Of a stretch of DNA of 64,000 nt, positions 39,222 to 50,301 are shown piece by piece. The stretch is taken from NCBI GenBank assembly GCA_019058445.1, contig JAHPZA010000010.1, positions 96,001 through 160,000 of the forward strand, given 5' to 3'. This DNA is from Promethearchaeota archaeon (GTDB taxonomy: Archaea > Asgardarchaeota > Lokiarchaeia > Sigyniarchaeales > SOKP01). Numbering within the stretch: position 1 is the stretch's first letter; each line of letters starts with the position of its first letter. The position numbers and the translations under genes are program-made. The notes under the pieces were generated by a model. It searched no databases, was not told where the DNA came from, and was given only the letters and a program-made list of their open reading frames with translations.

Positions 39222-40472
39222 TCACCCTAAAAATCCTACTATATCCTCTACAGATGGACTTTTTACATTAATTTCCTTATTTATTAAGATAAATGAATTC
39301 TCATTATGTTTTCCTGATAAAGTATTTTCTTCTTCAAAAATCTTTTCTTTTCCTATTCCACTTTTCAAATTAAAACCTTTTTTCTCCACCAAAACCATAT
39401 CTGGAGCCCTATTTCTTTCCTTTCCAGAATAGATATCATCTCTTTTATACACTTTTTTAATTACTCTTTGTTTTTCATATTTTAGGTTATAAAAAAGAGA
39501 CTCTAATTCATCTAAAATTATTTTTTCATCTTCCTTTTTCACAGTACCGTTTGGATAAGACCCTTTTTTGTTTATATAAATCCTCCCCGGATCTAAAACA
39601 AATGCTTTTGATCCCTTTGAAATACGATTATATTTTTTTAGGTTTTCTGCTAAAATAAGAAATCCTTGATCCTCCAAGTACGTATTTAAATTAATATTAT
39701 ATTTGTTTCTTTCCATTCCATGATCAGATAATATTATGAATGTATCATCTTCATTTAATTTATTATATATCTCTCCAATAATATTATCAATTTCTTGAAA
39801 ATATTCTAAAAATCTGTGATAAAGTGGATTCTTATAATCTTCATACACATGCCAGAAAAAATGCCCTATCCTGTCACTTCCCGTAATTACAGGCATGAAA
39901 TTATCCCATTTAAGTTCTTTCCATAATAAATCGAAAGTTTTTTTTCTAATATATAAAACTCTAAATAATTCATCAAAAAAAATATCATTGGATTGTTGAT
40001 GGGCGATTTTTGAATCAACATCAATTTCATATCCAATCCCTTGTAATTTTTGGAAATATTTATCAGGATATACTGCTTTTTGTAAATCCAATGCCACAAA
40101 TCCTGCGATATGAATCCCATTTAATTTTTTAGCAGGATATGTTGATGGAACATTAATTATAATGTGTTTTTTTTCTGGTTTTTGGTGCCAAAAAGGTTTA
40201 CTTTTCAAAGCATTAAAATTTGGAAAACTAAGGGAATAAGTATTGTTTATTATATCTGTAAATCCAAATATTCCATGTTCACCAGGATTCTTTCCTGTTA
40301 TTATTGAACTCCAGGAAACTGATGAGATATGAGGAATGGAGGATCTTAATCTTTTAAAAATATATTCGCTTTTTAATTGTTTAAAATTTGGCATTATATC
40401 ATTATTGGATAATTTCTCCATCAATTCGAAGGGAATGCCATCAATTCCGAAAATAACGTTCCTATTCTTCAC
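39222..40472 (-). CDS. alkaline-phosphatase superfamily, nucleotide pyrophosphatase/phosphodiesterase-like protein
   Basis: GIDG, SWSSIITGKNPGEHGIFGF, NVP.TYP, DRIGH, LSDHG, APD, GKH; GTG start. Confidence 0.85.
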   Translation of the reverse strand: MKNRNVIFGIDGIPFELMEKLSNNDIMPNFKQLKSEYIFKRLRSSIPHISSVSWSSIITGKNPGEHGIFGFTDIINNTYSLSFPNFNALKSKPFWHQKPEKKHIIINVPSTYPAKKLNGIHIAGFVALDLQKAVYPDKYFQKLQGIGYEIDVDSKIAHQQSNDIFFDELFRVLYIRKKTFDLLWKELKWDNFMPVITGSDRIGHFFWHVYEDYKNPLYHRFLEYFQEIDNIIGEIYNKLNEDDTFIILSDHGMERNKYNINLNTYLEDQGFLILAENLKKYNRISKGSKAFVLDPGRIYINKKGSYPNGTVKKEDEKIILDELESLFYNLKYEKQRVIKKVYKRDDIYSGKERNRAPDMVLVEKKGFNLKSGIGKEKIFEEENTLSGKHNENSFILINKEINVKSPSVEDIVGFLG

Positions 40473-40608
40473 TTTAATTTTAAAAATTTAAGAGTATTTA
40501 TAAATTTTTAAAATAAGCTATTATTTTAACTATAAACTCTGAAAAAATAGAAAAAGTTATCTTTCTATAAAATTAATAAAAACTTGTTAAATCAAATATA
40601 TCTTAAAG

Positions 40609-41405
40609 ATGAATTCTACAATTCAAATAAAATATATTTTAAAAAGTTTTCTTAGTAAAATATTTAACAGAATTCCTAAGATTCTTAATGAATATGGTTT
40701 GATTTATATTCTTAGGAAGCCATTTTGGTATTCAAAATTTCTTTTTTATGTAAACTACTCTAAATTTAAAATTAGTAAATTAAAAGATCGTTATACTCTT
40801 GAAAGTTTAATTGAATTTGTAAAGTTCAACAATCAAGGGCTAATCAGACCTCTTCAAATAAATTATGAAATCTTAACATTATTGAAGCTATTAAAAAAAA
40901 AAGACCAAAATTTATTCTTGAAATAGGAACTATCTCAGGAGGAACTCATTTTTTGTTTACTCGTATTGCCAGAAAGGATGCTACAATAATTAGTATTGAT
41001 TTACCAAAAGGTATACATGGATATGGCTATAACATATTAAGAATTCCTCTTTATAAATCATTTGCGCGGTCAGACCAAAAGATTTTATTATTTCGTTCAG
41101 ATTCCCATAAAAAAAGTACAATTGACCAAATAAAATCTATTCTCAAAAGTAATAAATTAGAATTTTTATTTATTGATGGAGATCATAGGTATGAAGGAGT
41201 AAAAAAAGATTTTGAAATGTATAGAACACTGGTTAAGAATGATGGTATAGTGGCCTTTCATGATATTATTCCTCAAGCACCTGAAACTCAAGTAGAAGTA
41301 TCAAAATATTGGAATGAAATTAAAAATAATTACATATTTAAAGAAATAATTAAAGATAAGAATCAAAAATGGGCCGGAATTGGAGTTATCTATTATAAAG
41401 AATAA
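40609..41405 (+). pseudogene. class I SAM-dependent methyltransferase (Methyltransf_24-like), frameshifted in an A10 tract
   Basis: A -1 shift at A10 (40893-40902) joins the two ORFs into ...LLKKKRPKFILEIGTISGGT...SIDL...FIDGDH.YEGVKKDF...GIVAFHDI. Confidence 0.8.
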
Positions 41406-41414
41406 TGAAAAGGG

Positions 41415-41436
41415 GAAAAGAATAATGATTCTTTTC
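41415..41436. terminator. short hairpin between convergent genes
   Basis: GAAAAGAAT-aatg-ATTCTTTTC perfect 9-bp stem; AT-rich, so weak. Confidence 0.3.
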
Positions 41437-41476
41437 TTTATATCTTAAATTTCTATTCAATTTTTAGAGGTGTAAT

Positions 41477-42601
41477 TTACTTTAATAATCCTTTTTCTTT
41501 AAGTTCAGTATAAGCTTTATCAGATTTATCTTTTGCTTTTCCTTGCTGTAATTTTACCCATTCAATTAATTCATGAATACCTTCCTTAAATGTTATGTCT
41601 GCTTTATATCCTAATTCTGATGAAATTTTAGAAATGTCCGCAAAGCAATGTCGAATATCTCCTGGGCGAAACTTGTTTGAAACTATTGGCTTAATTTCTG
41701 GATTAATATATCTAGCAAGTGTTTCAGCAATTTGCTTTATACTTACTGCTTCACCAGTTCCAACATTAAAAATTTGGTTTTTTGCTCTTCTTTTCGTTAA
41801 AGAAAGATAAAAAGCTTTGCAAACATCTCGTACATGCACAAAATCTCTCATTTGATTTCCGTCTTCATAAATTATCGGTCTATTCCCATTCAAAAGTCTA
41901 CTGGAGAAAATCGCACAAACACCTGTATATGGATTAGAAAGAGCTTGTCGACTTCCATATACATTAAATAATCTTAAAGCTGTGGTATTTATACCATAAG
42001 TTTCTCCAATTAACATACACATTTTCTCTTGTTCTTTTTTATTTAACGCATAAATCGAGGTACATACTTGAGGTTTCGATTCATTTGTCGGTATGGGTTT
42101 GGCTTTTTTTCCACATATCGGGCAAAATAATTCCCATTCTCCTCTTTCAAGTTGAGTTACACTCCGTAACTCTGGATTTACTTGTTCACAGTTTTCACAT
42201 ATATAACTTCCCTCCCCATAAGTAGACATTGATGATGCTAAAACAAACTTTTTTATAGTATTTGGTTTATTTACTAATATATCAAGAAGTCGAGCAGTAC
42301 CCAGAATATTAACATCTACATATTTATCAATTTGATACATGGATTGACCAACTCCAACCATGGAAGCTAGATGAATAATGGCATCTATATCCTTAAGCGA
42401 TTCAGATAAAATATCTTTATTTCGAATATCATTTTTTAGAAAAGTAATATTTTTTGCTAGATAATTTGGAGGTCTATCATTCATTCCATGAACTTGCGGT
42501 TCTAGAACGTCATATACAACAATTTCATAGTTTTTAGCCAATAGAAAATCAACTAAATGACTTCCGATAAAACCAGCACCACCAGTAATTAAAACTCTCA
42601 T
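41477..42601 (-). CDS. NAD-dependent nucleotide-sugar epimerase/dehydratase with CxxC...CxxC insert
   Basis: TGGAGFIGSH, ASSMSTYGEG, YALNK, NVYG, YEDG.QMRDFVHV. Confidence 0.92.
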   Translation of the reverse strand: MRVLITGGAGFIGSHLVDFLLAKNYEIVVYDVLEPQVHGMNDRPPNYLAKNITFLKNDIRNKDILSESLKDIDAIIHLASMVGVGQSMYQIDKYVDVNILGTARLLDILVNKPNTIKKFVLASSMSTYGEGSYICENCEQVNPELRSVTQLERGEWELFCPICGKKAKPIPTNESKPQVCTSIYALNKKEQEKMCMLIGETYGINTTALRLFNVYGSRQALSNPYTGVCAIFSSRLLNGNRPIIYEDGNQMRDFVHVRDVCKAFYLSLTKRRAKNQIFNVGTGEAVSIKQIAETLARYINPEIKPIVSNKFRPGDIRHCFADISKISSELGYKADITFKEGIHELIEWVKLQQGKAKDKSDKAYTELKEKGLLK

Positions 42602-42813
42602 AATATTCTACTGAAATTTTTTATTAAATTTGATTTTATATGTTTTGTAATTTTTAATCTAAATTAAAGAATTTTATAACTTTTTCATAAGATCTACTAA
42701 ATCATCATATAATTTAGATTAATGATAAATTATTAGAGTTCCTTCAGAATAAAACTTAAATAAATCAAGAGATACAATAAAATAATTAAATTTTAGATAA
42801 CTTCTAAAAATAA

Positions 42814-43818
42814 ATGAATAATTTAGAGATTCCCTTAGTTTCTGTAATTGTGCTTAATTATAACGGTCAAAAGCACCTAAAAGAATGTTTTGACTCTCTT
42901 TATGAGTTAAATTATAATAATGTAGAATTAATCTTAGTGGATAATAATTCAAAAGATAATAGTGTAGAATTTGTTAAAAATAATTATAATAGGGTTAAAA
43001 TTATTCAACTTAAGTACAATTATGGATTTGCTAAAGCTAATAATATAGCAGCAACTCAAGCTAAAGGAAAATATATTGTTTTACTAAATAATGATACATA
43101 TGTGGATATCAATTGGCTAACCGAACTAGTTAAAGTAGCGGAAAGTTCGTATAAAATTGGAATAGTGGGTAGCAAAATCTATTATTATGATAATAAGAAA
43201 CTGATCAGCTATGCTGGAAGTAGTTGCGATAAATATGGGAAAAGTAATCATATAGGAGAAAACAAAACAGATCATCGAATATTTAATACTGATCGGAAAA
43301 CATTTTATGCCTGTGGAGCTTGCTTATTAATTAAAAGAGAACTATATCAAAAAATTGGTCTATTTGATTCACTATACTTCATTTACAACGAAGATTTAGA
43401 TCTTTGTTGGAGGACATGGATTTTTGGATATTTAGTAATGTATGCTTCAAAATCCTTTATTTATCATAAAATTGGACAAGTAATGGGTAAAGAAACACTT
43501 AGACAAAAATTTCTCGGTGAAAGGAATATTTTAAGAACAGTATTAAAAAACTATGAATTGAAAACCTTATTTAAAATTTTCCCTGTATATATAGGAAGAA
43601 GGATCGGTATAATATTAAGATTTTTAGTCCATTTAGACATATTAGCAATTATAATAATCTACATCTATATAAAAGCCTTTTCTTGGAATATAATTCATAT
43701 TAAATCGCTTATTAGAAAACGTAAAAGAATTCAATCATATAGAACTAAAGATGATAGATTTTTAATACAATTTATGAAAGAAACCATAAAATTGGAAACT
43801 TCATTAAGGAATTTATGA
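42814..43818 (+). CDS. GT2 glycosyltransferase
   Basis: LNYNG, VDNNSKD, NYGFAKANN, LLNND, EDLDLCWR. Confidence 0.92.
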   Translation: MNNLEIPLVSVIVLNYNGQKHLKECFDSLYELNYNNVELILVDNNSKDNSVEFVKNNYNRVKIIQLKYNYGFAKANNIAATQAKGKYIVLLNNDTYVDINWLTELVKVAESSYKIGIVGSKIYYYDNKKLISYAGSSCDKYGKSNHIGENKTDHRIFNTDRKTFYACGACLLIKRELYQKIGLFDSLYFIYNEDLDLCWRTWIFGYLVMYASKSFIYHKIGQVMGKETLRQKFLGERNILRTVLKNYELKTLFKIFPVYIGRRIGIILRFLVHLDILAIIIIYIYIKAFSWNIIHIKSLIRKRKRIQSYRTKDDRFLIQFMKETIKLETSLRNL

Positions 43819-43916
43819 TTAGATAAAATTTTTATTAACGTTCATGAATATATATTAGAAACATAACTAATTTGAATATTATTACCTAATAATCGTTTAA
43901 AAAGTCTAAAACAAAT

Positions 43917-44987
43917 ATGGAAATCAAAACTTTCATGGGTCGAAAATTGGGCTATATTAATGGGATTTTAAGAAGACAGATTGAAATTGATAAATATTTA
44001 AAAAATCGCGAAGATATTAAACTATCATATGAATTTTATGATGCACCAAAAAATCCAATCGATTTTCTTTCTAAAAGATATATTTTATATCATTGTAAGG
44101 CATATCATAAATCAAGGACTTTAAAAGATAATATAATATTCCATGTATCTTTTCAAAATCTTGCAGATTTAGTACTGTTTTTAAAAAAAGAAAGAACTTT
44201 TGTCACCTGCTATGATATATTTAATTTTTTAGAAAAAAATACCATAAGAAATACCATACTTGCTCAAAAATACGCACTTATGGGACTTAAAAGTTGTAAG
44301 TACATCATCTCAATATCAGAATTCACAAAAAATGAATTATTTAAGAGATTTAATATTCCCAAAGAAAAAATTAGTGTTATTAAATGTGCTATAAACCATG
44401 AAATTTTCTATCCAATCCGACAAAATGAACTCTCAAATTTAATACCTTTCTATCCTAATTATAAGAAAATACTGCATGTAGGAACGGAAGTAAATAGAAA
44501 AGATATAATTACTTTGTTTAAGGCCTTTTATTTAATTAAAAAAAAGTTCAATAATATTAAGTTAATAAGAGTAGGACCTAGGTCACACTCTAAAGTAATA
44601 AAATCATTAGGATTAGAAAAAGATATAATATATTTTAATAATCTTAACAATCAAAAATTAAGAGAAATATATAATTTATGTGATTTATTTATTTTCCCCT
44701 CCGTATATGAAGGATTTGGTTTTCCAGGATTAGAAGCGGCAGCTTGTGGTACTCCTGTGATTTGCTCCAATATACCTATTTTTAGAGAGTTATATGATAA
44801 CTTCCCGATATATTTCCCAGCCCAAGATTATAAAACTCTTTGTAAGATCATACTTAATACTATTAATAATGAAACTATGAAAAAAGAAATGAGTATTAAA
44901 GGAGTAAATATAGCTAATAAATACCATTGGAAAAATTCTGCTGATAAATATATTAATTTTGTGAAAAATATTATAGAAAATATTTAA
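43917..44987 (+). CDS. GT4 glycosyltransferase
   Basis: ISEFTK, RK, FPSVYEGFGFPGLEAAACGTPV. Confidence 0.92.
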   Translation: MEIKTFMGRKLGYINGILRRQIEIDKYLKNREDIKLSYEFYDAPKNPIDFLSKRYILYHCKAYHKSRTLKDNIIFHVSFQNLADLVLFLKKERTFVTCYDIFNFLEKNTIRNTILAQKYALMGLKSCKYIISISEFTKNELFKRFNIPKEKISVIKCAINHEIFYPIRQNELSNLIPFYPNYKKILHVGTEVNRKDIITLFKAFYLIKKKFNNIKLIRVGPRSHSKVIKSLGLEKDIIYFNNLNNQKLREIYNLCDLFIFPSVYEGFGFPGLEAAACGTPVICSNIPIFRELYDNFPIYFPAQDYKTLCKIILNTINNETMKKEMSIKGVNIANKYHWKNSADKYINFVKNIIENI

Positions 44988-45132
44988 AAATAAACTGTTT
45001 GTGAGTCAATATTTTTTTATATATCAGATAATCAACTTTGTGAGAGTTCCATTTAAAAATATATGATATATACGTTTTACAAAATGAAATTTATATATTT
45101 TTAAAAATTTTAAGAATTAAAGTCTAATTCTC

Positions 45133-46401
45133 TTGAAAGTGTTGAAAATTAAAAGAAGAAATAGAAGCTTTCTCTTAATCTTTGATAAGCTTCGTAACAT
45201 TTCGCTTATTAAAGATACCGGAATGATTCCTTATTATTTTCATCGCAAATATCATTATAGTTCAAAAATATTAACATATAGGAATGATAAAGCATACCCA
45301 TTTTTACAAGAATACTGTAAAGGGCTGGAGTTAGAATTCTTAAAGAGAAGAAGGTTTTTAAATAAAATATTGGGAATCGAAATTCCCGCTTTAATCTATC
45401 TTATCAAAAATTTTAAAAAAATCCATATTTTAGAAGTTATTTGGCTATCAAATAGCTCAATTCTTTATGGAATTCTATATAAAATGTTAAATAGAAATGG
45501 ATTTCTTTACCTAAAATTAGATGCTACTGAGAAAATAAAATACCATAATAAACTTCATCCTCATGGTTATTATGATTACCAATATTATAAAGAACAAAGT
45601 ATCGTTAAAAACCTCATAAATTCCTTTAGAATAATTCTAGGAAAATTTTTTGGCAATTTGTTTTTTAAAAAGTTAGATTTAGCAAGTATAGAAAGTGTAA
45701 AATTATACAAAGATATAAAGGATTATCCAAGAATTAAACACAAGCTAATTTATCTGCCAAATGGAATAGATGATTATTTCCTAAAAGATCTAAATATTAA
45801 AAGGGTAGATTTTAGTAAAAAGGAAAATATCATTTTAACCGTTGGTAGAATAGGATGGGTGGCAAAAGACCATCACATATTTTTAGAGGCTATAGCTAGT
45901 ATAGAAGATTTAAAAAATTGGAAGATTTATTTGGTAGGAGGTATATATGATAAATTCAAAGATTATATATCTCATTATTTTGTAAAATACCCCCATCTCA
46001 AGGATAAGGTTATATTTATTGGTGAAATTCTTGATCGAAAAAAATTATTAGAATTTTATCAGAAGAGTAAAATTTTCTGTTTAACATCAAATGTTGAAAG
46101 TTTTGGAATTGTATTAGTTGAAGCAGGTTATTTTGGTAATTATATTGTCAGTACCAATTTACCATCAGCTCGAGATATAACTTCAAATAGTCAGTTTGGA
46201 ACTCTATTTAAAATTCGAGATACTGCTAGATTAACAGAAATTCTTGAAAATTTAATTGATAATGAAGAACTTATGGAGAAGAATTATCTTAAAATTCAAA
46301 ATCATATCGATAAAAAATTTTTATGGAGCAAGATTATCTCAAAATTATATAGAGAGTTAAATAAAAGAAGCAATTTGAGATTTTCAAATAAACATGGTTA
46401 A
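45133..46401 (+). CDS. GT4 glycosyltransferase
   Basis: PNGID, VGRIG..K, TSNVESFGIVLVEA. Confidence 0.9.
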   Translation: MKVLKIKRRNRSFLLIFDKLRNISLIKDTGMIPYYFHRKYHYSSKILTYRNDKAYPFLQEYCKGLELEFLKRRRFLNKILGIEIPALIYLIKNFKKIHILEVIWLSNSSILYGILYKMLNRNGFLYLKLDATEKIKYHNKLHPHGYYDYQYYKEQSIVKNLINSFRIILGKFFGNLFFKKLDLASIESVKLYKDIKDYPRIKHKLIYLPNGIDDYFLKDLNIKRVDFSKKENIILTVGRIGWVAKDHHIFLEAIASIEDLKNWKIYLVGGIYDKFKDYISHYFVKYPHLKDKVIFIGEILDRKKLLEFYQKSKIFCLTSNVESFGIVLVEAGYFGNYIVSTNLPSARDITSNSQFGTLFKIRDTARLTEILENLIDNEELMEKNYLKIQNHIDKKFLWSKIISKLYRELNKRSNLRFSNKHG

Positions 46402-46542
46402 TTAATTGATGAGTTATAAGCTATGATTTACTTGGTTACTTAAAAAATATTTTAAATAAATGTTTTTAAAAGTAAATTTACATAAACTTTAAAAATAGTT
46501 TTTATTCTTTATAAAAAAAAAGAATAACTAATAACATAGAAT

Positions 46543-47985
46543 ATGCAGAAAAAAGTTATACTAATTACGATTGATTGTCTGCGAAGTGATCGCTTAGAAA
46601 TTTATGGATGTAAAAGAAATATTGCTCCTAACCTTAATAAATTGAGTAAAAATTCAATAATTTTTAATACTGCTATAAGTAATGGTCCTAATACTCCCTC
46701 TTCATTTTATGCGATGTTTACATCAGAGGTCCCAACATTAAAAGGACGTTATGCTCCCCTTTCCGATAGGTTAGAAACTTTTATAGAAATTATTAAAAAA
46801 AATAAAATAAAAACGTGTGGTATTCATTCAAATCCACATTTAGGAAAATACTTTAATTATCACAGAGGTTTTGATAAATTTGTTGATTTAATGATTCGAA
46901 AAGAAGAAAGTTTTAAAAGGAGATTTTTTAAAAAGTTGAATTTTTTGCTGAATAAACTGAAAATCACAATTTTTATAGATAAATTTTTATCTTCCGAAGT
47001 TTTAAATTTTAAATTCAAAACTAAGGTTAATACTCTTCTTAAAACTAAAGAATTTTTTTCGCCATATGCTGATGCGAAAGCAATTGTATCAGAAGCTATC
47101 AATTGGTTAAACAAAAATTATCGTTCAAATTTCTTCTTATGGTTGCACTTTATGGATGTACATGGTCCATTAATACCTACTAAAACAAACTTTAAAAAAG
47201 TAGCTAAATCATATAATTATAAATTAAATAAGCCGTTTCTATCTTATATTAAGACAAATTTAGATGAAAGAAACTTAAGTAAAAAGGATTTACCAATTGT
47301 TTCAATACTTTACGATGCAGAAATATTATATTGTGATTACTATATTGGATTTCTATTCAATTATTTAAAAAATAAAAAAATATACAATGATACAAATATC
47401 ATTATAACTTCAGATCATGGCGAAGCTTTATGGGAGCATAATTTTACAGGACACTATCCTTATCTATATGATGAGCTCTTAAGAGTACCTCTTATAATCA
47501 AATTGCCATTATCTAATTCTCTAAATAAATTAATTAATACCCAAGTAGAACTAATAGATTTAGCTCCAACTATCTTGGATATTTATGGAATTCCTAAATT
47601 AAAGCGTTTTATGGGAACCAGCTTAATTCCGTTAATTAATGGGAAAGATAATTTCAATCATCCAGAATTCGCCATATCTGCAACTTATAAAAACAAAAAT
47701 AGATCGTTTCATGGATTAATTAAAAATCTTGATGATTGGAAACTTTTAATTAGTATTAGAAGTAAGTTCTGGAAACTGATATTTTCAGAGCAAAGAAATA
47801 AATTTGAATTATTTAATCTTAAAAAAGATCCGAAAGAGCGGAAAAACATCTATGATAATAAAAATGAATTAATCCTAACAATTAAAAGCAAATTAATAAA
47901 AAAAATTAAACCGTTTTTAAAAAGAAGGATTACCGAAAAAGAAAAAATTAAAGAATCAATTGAAAACATTGAAATAAAATTTTAA
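46543..47985 (+). CDS. sulfatase-like hydrolase/transferase
   Basis: ITIDCLRSD, APNL, WLHFMDVHGP, YDAEI, TSDHGE, VPLII, DLAPTIL, DPKE; lacks the C/SxPxR motif. Confidence 0.85.
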   Translation: MQKKVILITIDCLRSDRLEIYGCKRNIAPNLNKLSKNSIIFNTAISNGPNTPSSFYAMFTSEVPTLKGRYAPLSDRLETFIEIIKKNKIKTCGIHSNPHLGKYFNYHRGFDKFVDLMIRKEESFKRRFFKKLNFLLNKLKITIFIDKFLSSEVLNFKFKTKVNTLLKTKEFFSPYADAKAIVSEAINWLNKNYRSNFFLWLHFMDVHGPLIPTKTNFKKVAKSYNYKLNKPFLSYIKTNLDERNLSKKDLPIVSILYDAEILYCDYYIGFLFNYLKNKKIYNDTNIIITSDHGEALWEHNFTGHYPYLYDELLRVPLIIKLPLSNSLNKLINTQVELIDLAPTILDIYGIPKLKRFMGTSLIPLINGKDNFNHPEFAISATYKNKNRSFHGLIKNLDDWKLLISIRSKFWKLIFSEQRNKFELFNLKKDPKERKNIYDNKNELILTIKSKLIKKIKPFLKRRITEKEKIKESIENIEIKF

Positions 47986-47994
47986 ATCTAAACA

Positions 47995-48969
47995 ATGAAA
48001 ATTCCTAAAGTATCATTAATAATTTTGAATTGGAATAATTGGAAAGACACTATAGAATGCTTAGAGTCTTTGTATCAGATTAACATTGATAAACACGATA
48101 TAATTATTTTAGATTGTGGTTCTAAAGACGGTTCAATCAAGAAAATTAAAGAATATTGCAGTGGTGAACTTGAAGTTTTCTCTCCCTATCTTAAATATAA
48201 ATCTGATAATAAACCAATATCACTTTTTGTTTACGATGAACAAAAATCAGATCATTTGAGTGTTGTTGATAAGTATCTTTCTTGTAATAAAAAAAAATTA
48301 TTCCTTATTTCCTTAAAAAAAAATTATGGTTTTACTGGGGGCAATAATATAGGAATGTCTTTTGCAGAGACTTATTTTAAGCCAGATTATCTGTTTCTAT
48401 TAAACAATGATACAGTTATGATTGACAATATTATTGATGAAATGCTGCATTTATGTGAAAAAAATAATAAAATTGGACTATGTGGTCCAGAAATAAGACT
48501 CTATGGAAATCCAAAAGAAATTCAATTTAAATTAAGATATCAAGGAATCAATAGTCCAACTGAAGTTCCATGGATTTCTGGTTGTGCTTTTCTAATAAAA
48601 TCTGAATTAATCAAAAAAATAGGTTTTTTAGATCCGATTTTTTTTATTTATTATGAAGAGACTGATTATATTCTAAGAGCAAAAAAAGCGAATTATAAAA
48701 TATATTATATCCCTACAAAATCTAAATTATATCATAAATTTGCAGCAACAAACAAAAAAATCAAAGGATTTACACAATATCACATGACTAAAAGCTATAT
48801 TATTTTTATAAAAAAACATTCGAGCAGCAAAGATTTTCATTTTAAATTATCTCAATTTATTAGAAAAGAGATAAAAAAGAATTTAGGAAGAATAAATTTG
48901 TATTTTGTCATAAAAGGAATACTTATTGGATATTTTTTAAGTCTTTTTAGAAGTAGTATCTTAAATTAG
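47995..48969 (+). CDS. GT2 glycosyltransferase
   Basis: LNWN, NYGFTGGNN, LLNNDT, SGCA, YYEETD. Confidence 0.9.
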   Translation: MKIPKVSLIILNWNNWKDTIECLESLYQINIDKHDIIILDCGSKDGSIKKIKEYCSGELEVFSPYLKYKSDNKPISLFVYDEQKSDHLSVVDKYLSCNKKKLFLISLKKNYGFTGGNNIGMSFAETYFKPDYLFLLNNDTVMIDNIIDEMLHLCEKNNKIGLCGPEIRLYGNPKEIQFKLRYQGINSPTEVPWISGCAFLIKSELIKKIGFLDPIFFIYYEETDYILRAKKANYKIYYIPTKSKLYHKFAATNKKIKGFTQYHMTKSYIIFIKKHSSSKDFHFKLSQFIRKEIKKNLGRINLYFVIKGILIGYFLSLFRSSILN

Positions 48970-48992
48970 AGGGGTACAAATACATTCCTAAA

Positions 48993-50216
48993 TTATAATT
49001 TTTTTTTAAAGAATAGCGCAATGAACATTAAAACATTCAATAAAATCTCTATTACTGTATAAAAAATCATTTTAATCGGGAATGTTAAACCAAACCTTCC
49101 AAAATCTTTTTTATTTATAAACATTCTAAAGAAAATATATTTTCTTACTCTTTTTAAATAAATACTAAAGAAAATAAAAACACCGATAAAAAATAAACCA
49201 AGATGAAAAAACAAGATTATCGGTAGTAAGAATAAAAAAATTGATATTAAAAACAAAAGATAGACTTTTAGTATTGATTTAATACTTTTAGTTTGAAAAT
49301 AATAATTTAACCTATATCCTATATATCTTCTTCTTCGATTATATAATTCTTTATAATTTGTGGGATATTCAGTATATATAGCACTTCGAAAATCCTTTAA
49401 ACGATAAATTCGAAATCCATTGGAAATAATATCTTTTGCTCTAGTAATTTCTTCAATAACTTCTCCCTGTTTTTCTCTAAAAGTGCCAATTTTTTTTATA
49501 ACTTTATAAGTTAAACATGTATTGGGTCCAGACACTTGAACTTCATAATATCTCGTAAATTTACCATTGAAATATCCAATACTGTTTATAAGTAGATATT
49601 TAACCAAATCTTTATCTTCTATGCTTTTTAATGGTCTATTTTCCCCGCAAACAACACTTTCATTTTCATTAATTATTGGATATAACATTCTTAGCAAAAT
49701 TTCGTCAGTTAGATAACAATCGGCATCAATTAAATAGACTATTCCCTCAGATACATAAGCAAGACATTGATTAATTGCTCTTATTTTATTTTTTCCTTGT
49801 ATTTTATATTGCCCTTTCTCTTGACGTAAAAAAATAAAGTTGTCATATTTTTCTTTAAAAGAATTTGCAATTTCAACTGTTTCTTCACTCCCTCCAGCAC
49901 TAATTATGACTTTAATATCAGGGTATTTTAGATTTGCAATTGAAATTAAACAATCTTTAAATACAATTCCTTCATTCCAAGCGGGAATTATAATATTAAC
50001 TAAAGGTAACGATTTAAAATCATCAATTGATATTTGCTCAGGTTCATGGAATTTCTTTAAAATTTTAAGATATTTTCTATCTCTTAAAAAATGAAAGAAA
50101 GTATGATACAAAATAATAATTAATAATATAATAATCATAAGATATTTTGAATTTGAAAAATCTAGAAGATTTTGGATTATATTAATAATAACTGTAATTA
50201 CTTCCATTGAAAACAA
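48993..50216 (-). CDS. membrane-bound GT2 glycosyltransferase
   Basis: N-terminal TM, IIPAWNE, K..AIN, IDADC, EYP...RRRY (QxxRW-like), C-terminal TMs. Confidence 0.8.
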   Translation of the reverse strand: MFSMEVITVIINIIQNLLDFSNSKYLMIIILLIIILYHTFFHFLRDRKYLKILKKFHEPEQISIDDFKSLPLVNIIIPAWNEGIVFKDCLISIANLKYPDIKVIISAGGSEETVEIANSFKEKYDNFIFLRQEKGQYKIQGKNKIRAINQCLAYVSEGIVYLIDADCYLTDEILLRMLYPIINENESVVCGENRPLKSIEDKDLVKYLLINSIGYFNGKFTRYYEVQVSGPNTCLTYKVIKKIGTFREKQGEVIEEITRAKDIISNGFRIYRLKDFRSAIYTEYPTNYKELYNRRRRYIGYRLNYYFQTKSIKSILKVYLLFLISIFLFLLPIILFFHLGLFFIGVFIFFSIYLKRVRKYIFFRMFINKKDFGRFGLTFPIKMIFYTVIEILLNVLMFIALFFKKKL

Positions 50217-50301
50217 TATTACAATAACTTATAATTTTAATAAGATAAATACATGTAGATAAAAAAATATTTCTTGCTGAGTAAAGTAGTAAAATTTCTT
50301 T

